DNA from: Cyanobacteria bacterium P01_A01_bin.123
GTDB lineage: Bacteria > Cyanobacteriota > Cyanobacteriia > Phormidesmidales > Phormidesmidaceae
Direction of reading: 5' to 3'
DNA: 64,000 bases
NCBI GenBank assembly: GCA_039815185.1
Contig: JBCBZT010000012.1
Coordinates: 121,313-185,312, forward strand
How positions within the stretch are numbered: the first letter of the stretch is position 1; each line of letters begins with the position of its first letter. A program made the position numbers and the translations under genes. The notes below the pieces were generated by a model. It saw only the letters and a program-made list of their open reading frames with translations, was not told the origin of the DNA and did no database searches. This document shows, one piece after another, positions 20,255 to 30,291 of this stretch.

Positions 20255-21877
20255 CTACTGATTTAGCTCAAAAAGTTCGTCGCCGACGGGTTGGCCGTTT
20301 AGGGGAGCAGGGGTGAGTTGCCAACCCGCATCTTCTAAATAGGCGACAAGCTCTGCGGAGGGTTTGTAGGCAAACGCGGGGCGATCGCTGGGCCAAGTTT
20401 CTAAGACGGCAAAGTCTGTAGACTGCCAGCGCAGCAACAGTTGCACGTCTTCGTCTAAGCGGTAACTGAGGGAAAGCAGATTGCCAAAGTTTGTGTAGGC
20501 GCTGCCTTGGTCGCTCACCACTAAGGGCTGATCAACGCTGTTGATTTGTTTGGCTACCGCCGCATTGTAAAAGCTGGGTTCTTTATTCCACCAAGTTTCA
20601 GCAGGTAGGCTAATGACGTTAGAGGCAATACTCCCGGTGAGCAACAACGGCAACCCAATGCGCCAGAGCCTTTTTTCGGGTTGAATTTGACGACTCAGCC
20701 AGCCGCCCACCGCCAGCTGTAGTCCCGGCATGATCGGCAACACATAACGGCCAATGACTGACCGAACCCCCCCGGTCGTCACATCGGGTATGGCTAGGAG
20801 CAAAAACGGCACGAAAATAATCGTGATTAGATAAAGGGCCTGCGATCGCGGTAGATGCTGCCACAAATACCACAAGGCTAAGGGCAGAACCAACAGTGCT
20901 AAGAGCTTTAAACCTAAACCCACTATGCCAATTTCCGCGGCTGTTAAGTCAAAGTCAAAGTCAATCCACAGGGCCCCAAAGTTGCGGATCCAAAGCTTTA
21001 TCAGCTCTAGTAAGGGAATAGACTGTTGGGTCCAGCCTGTTGCGAGCTGAAAGGTTTGGTTATTGCTGCGAATCACCCAGATCCAGGGGCTGTAGAGGAG
21101 TCCCATAAGTCCGAAGGCAGCGAATAAGCTAACGACTCGTTTTAACCCAGAAGAACGACGACTGGCACGGGGAAAATCAGGGCTGGGCCACTGGTTAAAC
21201 ACCCAGGCAATTGCACCATAGGCCCCATGGGCAATGGGCACGAGCGCGAAGAGCGGATGGGTGTAAAGCCCTAACGTGCTGACAACCGTATACAACCCCC
21301 AGTTGACCCAAGTGGGATACTGCAACGCTCGCATAAAACGCCAATGGGACGCGATCGCGCATACCGTCAATAAACTATATTGTCGGGCGGCTTGGGCATA
21401 CAGAATATCAAAGGGCGACAGGGCCAGCATCACCGTTGACCACCAAGCTGCCGAGGTGGTTTGGAACACGCTCTTCGCCCACTGGTACATCAACGGTAGG
21501 GATAGCAAACTGAGTAGCGCTGGCAAAATGCGGGCGATGACAATGGTGTTGCCAAACAGCTGCATCCATCCCCTGGCTAACAAGAAATAGAGCGGTGGAT
21601 GCTGAGGATCTTCTAAGGCCAGCGACTGTAGCGTATCGACTACCGTGCTGTCAGGCTTGAGCTGCTGAAACGTTTGCAGCTCACTGGCGGGTAAAATCTC
21701 GCCCTGAAAGGCCCGATCCAAAATCTCCTCGGCAAAATACCCCGCCGCACGAAAGGTGGTATAGACTTCATCGTGCCAGTAGAGCTTGTGAGCTAAGTTG
21801 GTAAAGCGTCCAACAATGCCCAATACCAGCAATACAGCAATTAACAGACTAACCCCTCGAACCTGCTGTTTCACCAT
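20255..21877 (-). CDS. GT-C membrane glycosyltransferase (PMT/ArnT-like)
   Basis: YWHDEVYT, EDPQHPPLYFLL, LALSPF..YAQAARQYSL; many TM segments. Confidence 0.8.
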   Translation of the reverse strand: MVKQQVRGVSLLIAVLLVLGIVGRFTNLAHKLYWHDEVYTTFRAAGYFAEEILDRAFQGEILPASELQTFQQLKPDSTVVDTLQSLALEDPQHPPLYFLLARGWMQLFGNTIVIARILPALLSLLSLPLMYQWAKSVFQTTSAAWWSTVMLALSPFDILYAQAARQYSLLTVCAIASHWRFMRALQYPTWVNWGLYTVVSTLGLYTHPLFALVPIAHGAYGAIAWVFNQWPSPDFPRASRRSSGLKRVVSLFAAFGLMGLLYSPWIWVIRSNNQTFQLATGWTQQSIPLLELIKLWIRNFGALWIDFDFDLTAAEIGIVGLGLKLLALLVLPLALWYLWQHLPRSQALYLITIIFVPFLLLAIPDVTTGGVRSVIGRYVLPIMPGLQLAVGGWLSRQIQPEKRLWRIGLPLLLTGSIASNVISLPAETWWNKEPSFYNAAVAKQINSVDQPLVVSDQGSAYTNFGNLLSLSYRLDEDVQLLLRWQSTDFAVLETWPSDRPAFAYKPSAELVAYLEDAGWQLTPAPLNGQPVGDELFELNQ

Positions 21878-21900
21878 CTCAGCTGCCCCACTACTCCCCT

Positions 21901-22746
21901 TTACCCCTCGATTTCACACACCAACCCATCCAATGCTAACTGCATCTGTGTTTCCACCATGGCATAGCATTCATCAACATAGGCCAAATCATTCAAGCAC
22001 TTGCGTCCGTAGTGTTCAAACCAAATGGGGGGACAAATGCGTAGGTGAATCGGGGCAGGCAGAGGCAAATTGGGCAATGGGCCGATGGACAAGCCCCAGG
22101 GTAAACCGAAGTAAATGGGAAACACTTCTGGATCGATGCCGAGCGGCCAAGGTATACCCCGCTGGTGCAGCTGCTTCGCTTGTTCATAAATGTCTGATAG
22201 CACCCACAAGGTATCGTGGGCTCCCCAGGAAATCACTGGCATGATCGGTACCTTTTGGCGCAGGGCTAGCTTGATAAAGCCTTTGCGGTTAGCCAATTCA
22301 ATCCGATGGCGATGGCGATGGGGCCGAAAGGTATCTTGGGCGCCGCCCGGATACACCAGCACGCTAGCGCCTTGATTTAAAGCGGCGATCGCCATTTTAG
22401 GGTGGGCCCGAATTGCCCCAACTTTGGCCATCCCCTGAGCCAGGGGCGGAAAGGCAGCCCACACCTTAGGATGGGCTAGGCCATAAATCAGCCGTTCGGT
22501 GCCGTAGTGACGATACCAGTCGTAGATAGCCATGTGCATGTCTGGGGCGGCTAAACCCCCGTTATGACTCCCGACAAATAGGACATTGTCTTGATTAGGA
22601 ACGTGCTGCCAACCGTCGCTGGTAACCCAGAAATAATGACGATAAAGCCACTCCCATAGCGGCATGATGGAGTGGATAAAGGCCGAGTCGCGATCGCCTA
22701 GCGACCAGCCCTGAAACTGTCCCGGCGGGGCATTGATTTCGAACAA
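21901..22746 (-). CDS. LPLAT/DGAT2-like acyltransferase (Slr2103-like)
   Basis: VGSHNGGLAAPD, VLVYPGGAQDTFRP, RKGFIKLAL, GLPWGL. Confidence 0.8.
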   Translation of the reverse strand: MFEINAPPGQFQGWSLGDRDSAFIHSIMPLWEWLYRHYFWVTSDGWQHVPNQDNVLFVGSHNGGLAAPDMHMAIYDWYRHYGTERLIYGLAHPKVWAAFPPLAQGMAKVGAIRAHPKMAIAALNQGASVLVYPGGAQDTFRPHRHRHRIELANRKGFIKLALRQKVPIMPVISWGAHDTLWVLSDIYEQAKQLHQRGIPWPLGIDPEVFPIYFGLPWGLSIGPLPNLPLPAPIHLRICPPIWFEHYGRKCLNDLAYVDECYAMVETQMQLALDGLVCEIEG

Positions 22747-22806
22747 AAACCGCTGCTCCTCAAAGGGTGTATCTTACCGTGCATTATGCTAATGGTTCAC
22801 AACTAG

Positions 22807-23136
22807 CTACTGTACTATTGCCAACCTGAGCTGTTGCTCAAGGGAGCTAAAGTCTATGCCAAATGCCTGCCGTAGAATCTGAGTTGCTAGCCCGGTGGGA
22901 TGACCAAAATCTTCCATTTCCTCCGTTTCTCTGATGATGCCGAGTAGCAAGTGCTCTGGCGCAACTCGGGATTGTTCTAACTGGTCGGCCTCTTCACGCG
23001 CTAATTCCAGCACGCGTTTTGCTCTGAGGGCAAACGGTAGATGGGGCGGGGTGGGAATTTCTACAGGCGGGGTGGGGCGAGCCCCCAATCTTTCTCGATC
23101 TGCACCAACCCCATCGGATTTTTGGAATTTCGGCAT
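22807..23136 (-). CDS. Stand-alone Clp N-terminal repeat domain protein
   Basis: PFALRAKRVLELAREEADQL..VAPEHLLLGII. Confidence 0.7.
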   Translation of the reverse strand: MPKFQKSDGVGADRERLGARPTPPVEIPTPPHLPFALRAKRVLELAREEADQLEQSRVAPEHLLLGIIRETEEMEDFGHPTGLATQILRQAFGIDFSSLEQQLRLAIVQ

Positions 23137-23208
23137 AGACAGCCCAGATCAAACAGCTATTGATAGAAATCATCACAATATCCATGTTTCATCACACAAA
23201 CGACAAGA

Positions 23209-23224
23209 TGTATCGGTAAATACA
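23209..23224. promoter_or_regulatory. Consensus NtcA-binding site
   Basis: TGTA-TCGGTAAA-TACA in the divergent intergenic region; no -10 box at the canonical 22-nt spacing. Confidence 0.6.
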
Positions 23225-23394
23225 ATTGCCGTCAAGATCTTCCGATTTACTACCTCAGTAAGGAAAGATAGATACTAGTAAATAGCTAGAATCCCGCATT
23301 ATTTTTGCCTCTTTAAAGGCTGAAATTTTGCCGATTTTCTATTTTTTATTTGGAATTTTAGCTTGTGTTTGAATCTATTGGTTCGTGACCTGAT

Positions 23395-24396
23395 TTGCTA
23401 AGGGGTGTTGCCGTGTTGAAACGACGAAAATTCTTCCAATATGCGGGTTTAGGCAGTGTTGGTTTTCTGCTGGCAACCCGTGACGGCATAGCCTCTTCAA
23501 TGGAGAATCCTGCTCTGATTCAGCCAGATCGTCAAACGCTTTCAGATTTAAAAACATTTGAGTTTAGCGTTACGACGGTTGATCAGGCTGGTCAAGTAAA
23601 GCGACGCCAAACTCACACGGCAAAACTCTTTCCAGAACCCCTTAAGGGTGCTGAGAAATTAGAAATGGTGGCGATCGCGTCTGGGCAATTTTGGATGGGA
23701 GCATCGCAAAATCAATCCCGTTCCCAAGGCCCAACGGAAGGCTATGATTTGCCTCGCCATCGGGTCAATCTGCCATCCTTTTTTATTAGCAAATATCCGA
23801 TTACCCAAGCGCAGTGGGCAGCGGTGGCAGCATTACCCCAGGTGCAGCGCCCCCTTGATGCGGCACCGTCCCACTTCCAGGGTCGCGATCGCCCGGTGGA
23901 AAGCATCTCCTGGTTAGAAGCGGTAGAATTTTGCGATCGCCTCAGCCAACACACGGGGCGTCGCTATCAACTTCCTAGTGAGGCCCAATGGGAATATGCC
24001 TGTCGGGCTGAAACACAGACGCCCTTTAACGTCGGAGAAACGGTTACCAGCCAATTAGCCAATTACGTGGGTACCTATACCTACAAAGCTGAATCCGTAG
24101 GCGACTATCGCCAGGCAACTGTGCCCGTAGGCAGCTTTTCCCCCAATGCGTTTGGTCTGCAGGATATGCATGGCAACGTTTGGGAGTGGTGTGCGGATAG
24201 TTGGCATCACAATTACCGAGGGGCACCCACCGATGGCAAAGCCTGGGTCAGTGCTCAGCGGTTCCCAATGCGTGCCATTCGTGGCGGTAGCTGGCTTGAT
24301 GCGCCTGTCAAGACCCAGTCTGCCAGTCGGTCTGGGTATTTCGAAACCGCCCTGAATCGAACCATTGGATTTCGAGTCAGTATGGCATCGCTTTAA
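23395..24396 (+). CDS. FGE-sulfatase (SUMF1-fold) domain protein with twin-arginine-like signal
   Basis: KRRKFF plus hydrophobic stretch; FWMG, YPITQAQW, LPSEAQWEYACRA, NAFGLQDMHGNVWEWC, RGGSW, IGFRV. Confidence 0.85.
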   Translation: MLRGVAVLKRRKFFQYAGLGSVGFLLATRDGIASSMENPALIQPDRQTLSDLKTFEFSVTTVDQAGQVKRRQTHTAKLFPEPLKGAEKLEMVAIASGQFWMGASQNQSRSQGPTEGYDLPRHRVNLPSFFISKYPITQAQWAAVAALPQVQRPLDAAPSHFQGRDRPVESISWLEAVEFCDRLSQHTGRRYQLPSEAQWEYACRAETQTPFNVGETVTSQLANYVGTYTYKAESVGDYRQATVPVGSFSPNAFGLQDMHGNVWEWCADSWHHNYRGAPTDGKAWVSAQRFPMRAIRGGSWLDAPVKTQSASRSGYFETALNRTIGFRVSMASL

Positions 24397-24444
24397 GCCT
24401 GACATTCGCAAGCGCGCACAGTAAATCAAGAGACGTTTGAACCC

Positions 24445-25428
24445 ATGGCATTGATTCAGAAAGTTCCCGTCACGGTGCTTACCGGATATTTGGGAGCGGG
24501 CAAAACAACATTGCTCAATCGCATTCTCACTGAACAACACAACAAACGAATTGCGGTCATTGTTAATGAGTTTGGCGAGGTTGGGATTGATCACCAGTTG
24601 GTGCTGGATGCAGACGAAGAAATCTTTGAGATGAATAACGGCTGCATCTGCTGTACTGTCCGCGGTGACTTGATGCGGATCATCGGTGATTTGATGGCGC
24701 GACGCGAGAGTTTTGACCATTTAGTGATTGAAACAACCGGGTTGGCAGATCCGGCTCCGGTGATCCAGTCCTTTTTTATGGATGAAGTGATGCTCCGGCA
24801 AACCCAGCTGGATGCGGTGGTGACGGTGGTAGATGCCAAACACATTGGCAACCATTGGGACAGCAGTGAAGCCCAGGAGCAAATCGCCTTTGCGGATGTG
24901 ATCTTGCTGAACAAGACGGACTTAGTGCCCGCTGAACACCTGAAAGCTTTGGAATTAAAGGTGCGTGGCATGAATGCGATCGCCACCATTCACCGCACCC
25001 GAAACTGCGATATTGATCTGGATGTGCTTTTAGGCGTCCAGGCATTTGACCTAAAGCATGCCTTGAGCATCGATCCAGAATTTCTCGATGAAGATGCCCA
25101 CGACCACGACGAGTCTGTTTATTCCATCGCCATTACGGAACCGGGCACCGTAGACAGCGACAAGCTCAACCGCTGGCTTTACCAACTGGTGCAAGATCGC
25201 GGCCCCGATATTTTTCGGATGAAAGGCATTTTAGACGTCGATCATGCCGCGCGACGATTTGTATTCCAGGGCGTCCACATGACCCTGGATGGACGACCCG
25301 GCAAACCCTGGCAACCGGGGGAAACCCGCCGCAACCAGTTGGTTTTTATTGGCAGAAATTTAGATGAAGCCGAGCTCCGCGCAGGCTTTCAAGGGTGTTT
25401 TGCCAAAGCTTATGCCCACGCCTCGTAA
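24445..25428 (+). CDS. COG0523/CobW-family metallochaperone GTPase
   Basis: [33 protein letters not shown], short His-rich linker. Confidence 0.9.
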   Translation: MALIQKVPVTVLTGYLGAGKTTLLNRILTEQHNKRIAVIVNEFGEVGIDHQLVLDADEEIFEMNNGCICCTVRGDLMRIIGDLMARRESFDHLVIETTGLADPAPVIQSFFMDEVMLRQTQLDAVVTVVDAKHIGNHWDSSEAQEQIAFADVILLNKTDLVPAEHLKALELKVRGMNAIATIHRTRNCDIDLDVLLGVQAFDLKHALSIDPEFLDEDAHDHDESVYSIAITEPGTVDSDKLNRWLYQLVQDRGPDIFRMKGILDVDHAARRFVFQGVHMTLDGRPGKPWQPGETRRNQLVFIGRNLDEAELRAGFQGCFAKAYAHAS

Positions 25429-25502
25429 CGATCCTCCCCATCATCCCTACCTTCCCCATCACCCCATCTCTACGACCACTCAATTCAGCACACAGCAAAC
25501 CC

Positions 25503-26249
25503 ATGAAACTACAACACAACCTCGGAGGACTAGAAGGACTAGACCCCATTAATACAGAAATCCAGGTCTTCGTCGAACCCTGGGAACAGCGCATTTTTGG
25601 CATTCATACGGCCATGATGGCGCTCAGTAATCACCTGGATACATCATTGCCTGACTATGCCATCGAGCAGGTGCCCACCACGTTCAAAAGTTTTTGGACC
25701 TGGGGACATTTGCGCATGGGCGCAGAAGGGATGCACCCCTTTGAGTACTTCCGGTTGCGCTATTACGAAAAATGGCTTGGGGGTATTTCGGGTTTCTTTG
25801 TGGCAGAGGGCTACATTACTCAAGAAGAGTTGGATACCCGCACCGCCGAGTTTTTAGAAAATAGCGAACAAGCTGAAGCCCCGCTGCCCAGTGGGGGAGA
25901 CCCTAAAATCGATGCTCAAGTGGTGAAATACCTGCGAGAAGGAGATTCTCCGCTGCGACCGTTACCTGACCCGCCTAAATTTAGTGTGGGCGATCAGGTC
26001 AGGGTGAAAGACGTTTCCCCCGCTGCCCATAGTCGCCTACCGGGTAACTTGAGAGGCCGAGTTGCTGAGGTTGTACTGGTGTATGAGGGGGCCTTCACCT
26101 ACTTCTTCCCAACCGCAGATGGGCTTGGCACACCGATGCCGGTCTATAGTCTGGCTTTCAAACCCGAGGAGCTTTGGGATGAATCACTGATTGAACCCAA
26201 TTCGGTGTACTACAACGACATTTTTGAAGTTTATTTAGAGGCCGTTTAA
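25503..26249 (+). CDS. nthB: Nitrile hydratase beta subunit
   Basis: HNLGG, FVEPWE, HLRMGAE, YYEKWL, GYITQEEL, FSVGDQVRV..HSRLPG, FEVYLE. Confidence 0.85.
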   Translation: MKLQHNLGGLEGLDPINTEIQVFVEPWEQRIFGIHTAMMALSNHLDTSLPDYAIEQVPTTFKSFWTWGHLRMGAEGMHPFEYFRLRYYEKWLGGISGFFVAEGYITQEELDTRTAEFLENSEQAEAPLPSGGDPKIDAQVVKYLREGDSPLRPLPDPPKFSVGDQVRVKDVSPAAHSRLPGNLRGRVAEVVLVYEGAFTYFFPTADGLGTPMPVYSLAFKPEELWDESLIEPNSVYYNDIFEVYLEAV

Positions 26250-26260
26250 GGGGAAGCATT

Positions 26261-26884
26261 ATGCCCAGTCAATATCCAGGATTTAAGTATGGTGCCGATC
26301 GCGAGACCTTCAGTGCCGCTAGGGTCAAAGCTCTAGAATCGCTTTTGATTGAAAAAGGTGTGATCACGGGGGACACGGTTGACAACATTCTCGGCTACTT
26401 TGAAACCGAAATGGGGCCGTTTAATGGGGCCAAACTCGTGGCTCGGGCGTGGGTTGATCCAGCCTTTAAGGAACGGTTACTGGCAGATTGCAATGCAGCC
26501 TGTGATGAGCTGGATTTTCCAGAAGGCATGTCTGGGGCTGAGGGCGAACATATGCGCATTGTGGAAAATACACCGGAAGTGCATAACGTCATCGTGTGTA
26601 CCTTGTGTTCGTGCTATCCCTGGCCGACCCTGGGATTGCCCCCCTATTGGTTCAAAGACCCCACCTTTCGGGCTCGGGTGGTGCGTGAACCCCGAGTGGT
26701 TTTGTCTGAGTTTGGAGTGGAGCTAGATGAATCGGTCAAAGTTGCCGTTTGGGATAGCAGTGCTCAGATTCGCTGGTGGGTGCTGCCCATGCGTCCCCCT
26801 GGCACCGAGGGGATGAGTGAAGCAGAATTGGCGGCGTTGCTCACCCCGGAAGCCATGATGGGCGTTGCCACCGTGACGGTTTAA
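26261..26884 (+). CDS. nthA: Nitrile hydratase alpha subunit, cobalt-type motif
   Basis: VCTLCSCYPWPTLGLPP, VARAWVDPAFKERL, VWDSSA, LPMRPPGTEG. Confidence 0.92.
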   Translation: MPSQYPGFKYGADRETFSAARVKALESLLIEKGVITGDTVDNILGYFETEMGPFNGAKLVARAWVDPAFKERLLADCNAACDELDFPEGMSGAEGEHMRIVENTPEVHNVIVCTLCSCYPWPTLGLPPYWFKDPTFRARVVREPRVVLSEFGVELDESVKVAVWDSSAQIRWWVLPMRPPGTEGMSEAELAALLTPEAMMGVATVTV

Positions 26885-26906
26885 TCGACGGCAGGATTTT
26901 CAGCAT

Positions 26907-27263
26907 ATGTTTACGAAATTTGAGCATTTTGCAGCGACGAGTTTAATGGGCTCCCCTGAAGAAGCACCACCGCGCAAAGATGGCCATCTGCACTTTGATC
27001 GCGATTGGGAAAAGATGGCCTTTGGGGTCGCGATCGCCCTTTCAAAACAGGGCCATTATGAATGGGAAACTTTTCGGCAGACGCTAATTGCCACCATTGG
27101 TGAATGGGAGGCCACCCATGATCTGGCTGATCCAGAGTGGGACTATTACCAATGTTGGCTGGCTACCCTGGAGAAACTGGTGATTGAATCTGGGGTGATC
27201 GACGGGGGCGAGTTGGAAGCGGCGATCGCTCAGCTTGTGGACTGTAAAGAAACACCCAATTGA
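26907..27263 (+). CDS. Nitrile hydratase accessory protein (P14K/NhlE-like)
   Basis: PPRKDGHLHFDRDWE..AFG..WETFRQTLI..YYQCWLATLEKL. Confidence 0.85.
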   Translation: MFTKFEHFAATSLMGSPEEAPPRKDGHLHFDRDWEKMAFGVAIALSKQGHYEWETFRQTLIATIGEWEATHDLADPEWDYYQCWLATLEKLVIESGVIDGGELEAAIAQLVDCKETPN

Positions 27264-27320
27264 GCCTCTAATTGAAATTGTTGCACTGAGGCTTAATGCG
27301 GTTGGGTTTCATGCTTCAAC

Positions 27321-27364
27321 CTAAACCGCGTCCACATCCAGATCCATAGTTTTTCCTTAAGCTA
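27321..27364 (+). repeat. Dispersed short repeat family, copy 2
   Basis: CTAAACCGCGTCCACATCCAGATCCATAGTTTTTCCTTAAGCTA. Confidence 0.7.
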
Positions 27365-27387
27365 GAAGAAACAGTGCCAAAAATGAG

Positions 27388-27969
27388 ATGATGGCGACGA
27401 CTAGTACCCTATTAACTCCTATCAAGTGGAGCATTGACGACTACCACCAGATGATTGCATCTGGACTGTTGTGCGATCGCCGGGTTGAGTTATTGGATGG
27501 AGATATTGTTGAGATGGTGCCAGTCGAACCTCTGCATGACGACGTGAGAGAGGAACTGGCCAGCTATCTACGATCAGTGCTAAGCGATCGCGCCAGGGTG
27601 AGAGAGGCGACGGCAGTCACATTGCCTAACCGCAGTGAACCCATCCCTGATATTTCAGTGGTGCGACCCCAGCGCTATCGCGATCGCCATCCCTACGTAG
27701 AAGACATTTATCTGCTAATTGAAATCGCCAACAGCAGACCCGTGCGAGATACAGAGGTTAAACGCCTAACCTATGCCAGAGCGGGTATTCCAGAATATTG
27801 GGTGTTTGACCTAGAGAAAGACGATCTGCGGGTTTTTCGAGATATCCAGGGCGCAGGGGATGAGGCTGATTATCAGCTCGACATCACTTGGGAAGAAGAC
27901 ATGATCGAGATTCAGGCGTTCCCCGATATTGCGTTGTCAGCCACTACAATGAAGCAGTTGATTGCTTAA
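27388..27969 (+). CDS. Uma2 (DUF820) family endonuclease
   Basis: RVELLDGDIVEM, SEPIPDISVV, LIEIANS, YARAGIPEYWV. Confidence 0.88.
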   Translation: MMATTSTLLTPIKWSIDDYHQMIASGLLCDRRVELLDGDIVEMVPVEPLHDDVREELASYLRSVLSDRARVREATAVTLPNRSEPIPDISVVRPQRYRDRHPYVEDIYLLIEIANSRPVRDTEVKRLTYARAGIPEYWVFDLEKDDLRVFRDIQGAGDEADYQLDITWEEDMIEIQAFPDIALSATTMKQLIA

Positions 27970-28292
27970 AGCAGGTTATTTGAGCACTGATAGAGTCATG
28001 ACCCACGACAATTTAGCTGCTCTGTACAATTTAGCTACTCTGTACAATAACGAGTATCCCCACATCCCTCACCCAGCTCACAGTGGAGCAGCAGGTGGTT
28101 GAGTAGAGGTGATGCTTAGGCAGGAAATGTCCAACGATACTGCTCTTTCAAGGCTTCGCAATGGTATTTGAATCAAAATATAAGCAACGCTCATGATCAC
28201 CCCGCTTGCAGAACGCATCACCCGACTGGAGGCCAACATGTCAGAAGTGCAAGCTACCCTTTTGCGATCGACTCAGATGGCCCGATTCATCG

Positions 28293-28505
28293 ATGCCTAA
28301 AAAGATCCGAGAATTAAAAGCGATGCTGCTAAAAGCGGGATTCGACTGTAAGCCAGGTCAAGGAAGCCATACAAGATGGCGGCATTCGCTGCTGCCCGAG
28401 CATCCGCTTACCCTTTCCGGCAAAGATGGCAGTGACGCCAAGCCATATATTGAAAAAGAAGTTGAGTTTCGATTGCGTTTATTAGAGGAGAGAAAGCAAT
28501 CATGA
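28293..28505 (+). CDS. hicA: HicA family toxin
   Basis: MPKKIRELKAMLLKAGF..GQGSHTRWRH; ATGA overlap with the next gene. Confidence 0.85.
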   Translation: MPKKIRELKAMLLKAGFDCKPGQGSHTRWRHSLLPEHPLTLSGKDGSDAKPYIEKEVEFRLRLLEERKQS

Positions 28506-28726
28506 CCTCGCAGTACAGCATGTTAATCATCTGGTCACCTGAAGACGAGGCCTATCTTGTGCATCTACCAGAGTTTAACTTCCAAAAATTTCACACCCAT
28601 GGCCAAACCTACGAAGAGGCCGCGAAGAAAGGACAAGAGGCGATCGAGTCGCTAGTCGACTGGTACGAAGAAGAGGGCAAAAGCCTTCCAGATCCTCAGT
28701 TGCCTCCCTCGTTCAAAGTCGCTTGA
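28502..28726 (+). CDS. hicB: HicB family antitoxin (short form)
   Basis: WSPEDEAYLVHLPEF..THGQTYEEA..SLPDP. Confidence 0.85.
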   Translation: MTSQYSMLIIWSPEDEAYLVHLPEFNFQKFHTHGQTYEEAAKKGQEAIESLVDWYEEEGKSLPDPQLPPSFKVA

Positions 28727-28882
28727 TTAACCATGGCGACTGAAACCCTGGTAATTGACAAACCCGCCAATGCCGCTGTCCTGAGTGTGAACGGCCCGTC
28801 GTTCAGACTCAGCCGCCAAGGGTGCATTGGGATTGCGCGTGCTGTGGGTGGATGAATGATTCGGTGTGAGTAGGGGCGATGC

Positions 28883-29729
28883 TTACTCAAGAAATAGCCC
28901 AGGATACCTCTCTTTCAGGGCTCCGCAGTGGTAGTTGGGATCGAGGTCGATGTAATCGGGCAGTTCTGTTTCGCAGAGTTGTGCCTTGCTGAGCTGCTCT
29001 GGGGTTAAGCCTTCAGCATTGCTGAGACGCGTTCGTGGCAAAACTGCCCCTTCCAGATTCGCGTACTCTAGGACAGCCCCTTCCAGATTCGCGTTCCCTA
29101 GGTTAGCCCCTTCCAGATTCGCGTTCCCTAGGACAGCCCCTTCCAGATTCGCGAACCCTAGGTCAGCCCCTTCCAGATTCGCGAACCCTAGGTCAGCATT
29201 GGGAAGCGAAATGCCTGCCAGGTAAACCCCCGACTCTAGACCTAGAGACTGTTCACCCTCTTCTGAAGCTTCAGCACCATCAACCGAGAGATTAATTCCA
29301 GCTAAACTCTCTCTAGGCCACACACAAAACCGATACGTACAAACCCACGGAAAACGACGTCTCCAGTTGGCCCCTGGTGAAGCGTTCAAAAACTCCAGCG
29401 CCCGTATCCGACCCCCACTGCCTGCTAGAGGTAAGCGTTTGCCATGCATTGAGAACTTCTGCATCCCGCCGTTGCTTTTCTGAACCAACATAGACAGCGA
29501 TCGCAACGATCAGGCCCACATTGCCAATAATGCTCAGGATCTCCAGCAACGCTAATTGCTGAAGCATTTTCAACACGGCTTCTAAGCGGCGTTCTGCCCA
29601 AATGAACGGGCGCAGCGGTATTGGAGCTTTGGGTTTCGATTCAGATTTCTCTGGGGGAATGTAGCGCCCCATCCGTTTTTGCGTTTCAAGGGGAATGTCG
29701 GAGTAGTCGGGCTTACGTTTGCGCGGCAT
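28883..29729 (-). pseudogene. Membrane-anchored pentapeptide repeat protein, frameshifted
   Basis: N-terminal TM and AWQTLTS in one frame; GSGGRIRALEFLN and ANLEG/AxLxx repeats (30-bp tandem units ~29047-29196) in another; shift near 29425. Confidence 0.75.
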
Positions 29730-29920
29730 ATTAGCGTTAGAGAGGGTTATGAGTAGCTTCAATCGCTCAAAGCCTGATTCTGGACGATCTACCACACCTA
29801 GGACACATACAGTTTGGCAGGAGCACATGTGGGAGTGAGCACACCCATTTGGGAACTATGAATCACATAGATATACCAAATAGACGTGGCCCCGGTAGTG
29901 ATGCTGGGGCTTTTTATCAA

Positions 29921-30058
29921 ATGCAAAACTTCAACATCCTCCTCACCGACATCGCAGCAGTTCCCTGGGACATGCGCTCAGTGTTGTTTGCACTGAGCTT
30001 CTTCGCCATCTTTGCCTGGGCGTTGTGGGGCAACTGGAAGGCAGGGCGGTTGAGATGA
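29921..30058 (+). CDS. Small hydrophobic protein (45 aa)
   Basis: One TM-like stretch; ATGA overlap with the next ORF. Confidence 0.4.
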   Translation: MQNFNILLTDIAAVPWDMRSVLFALSFFAIFAWALWGNWKAGRLR

Positions 30059-30291
30059 ACAAGATGCGTGAAACGCCTTATCGGTTTCGATTTGAATGCA
30101 GCGCCCCGACGCCGCAGGCCCAAGCCTTGATGTCTGAAATGGTGCTGGATGAAAGCGGTGTATTTGCTTGTACACCAAGCCATTTAATTTTGCTGGCAGC
30201 CAGTATAGATGCAGCTATGCCAAGATCCAGCGAATGGAAGTTAGTTGATGTCGAGGAGTGCGATCGATGTGGATCGACTGAGGTAGATTAG
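30055..30291 (+). CDS. Small hypothetical protein with C-terminal CxxC
   Basis: ATGA coupling with the upstream ORF; ends CDRCGSTEVD. Confidence 0.4.
   Translation: MNKMRETPYRFRFECSAPTPQAQALMSEMVLDESGVFACTPSHLILLAASIDAAMPRSSEWKLVDVEECDRCGSTEVD

Noticed and set aside
28009..28048. 18-bp tandem duplication ACAATTTAGCT(G/A)CTCTGT
   Set aside because: Two copies only; consistent with ordinary slippage
29047..29196. 30-bp tandem repeats as a possible CRISPR array
   Set aside because: No spacers; they encode pentapeptide repeats, and no cas genes are present
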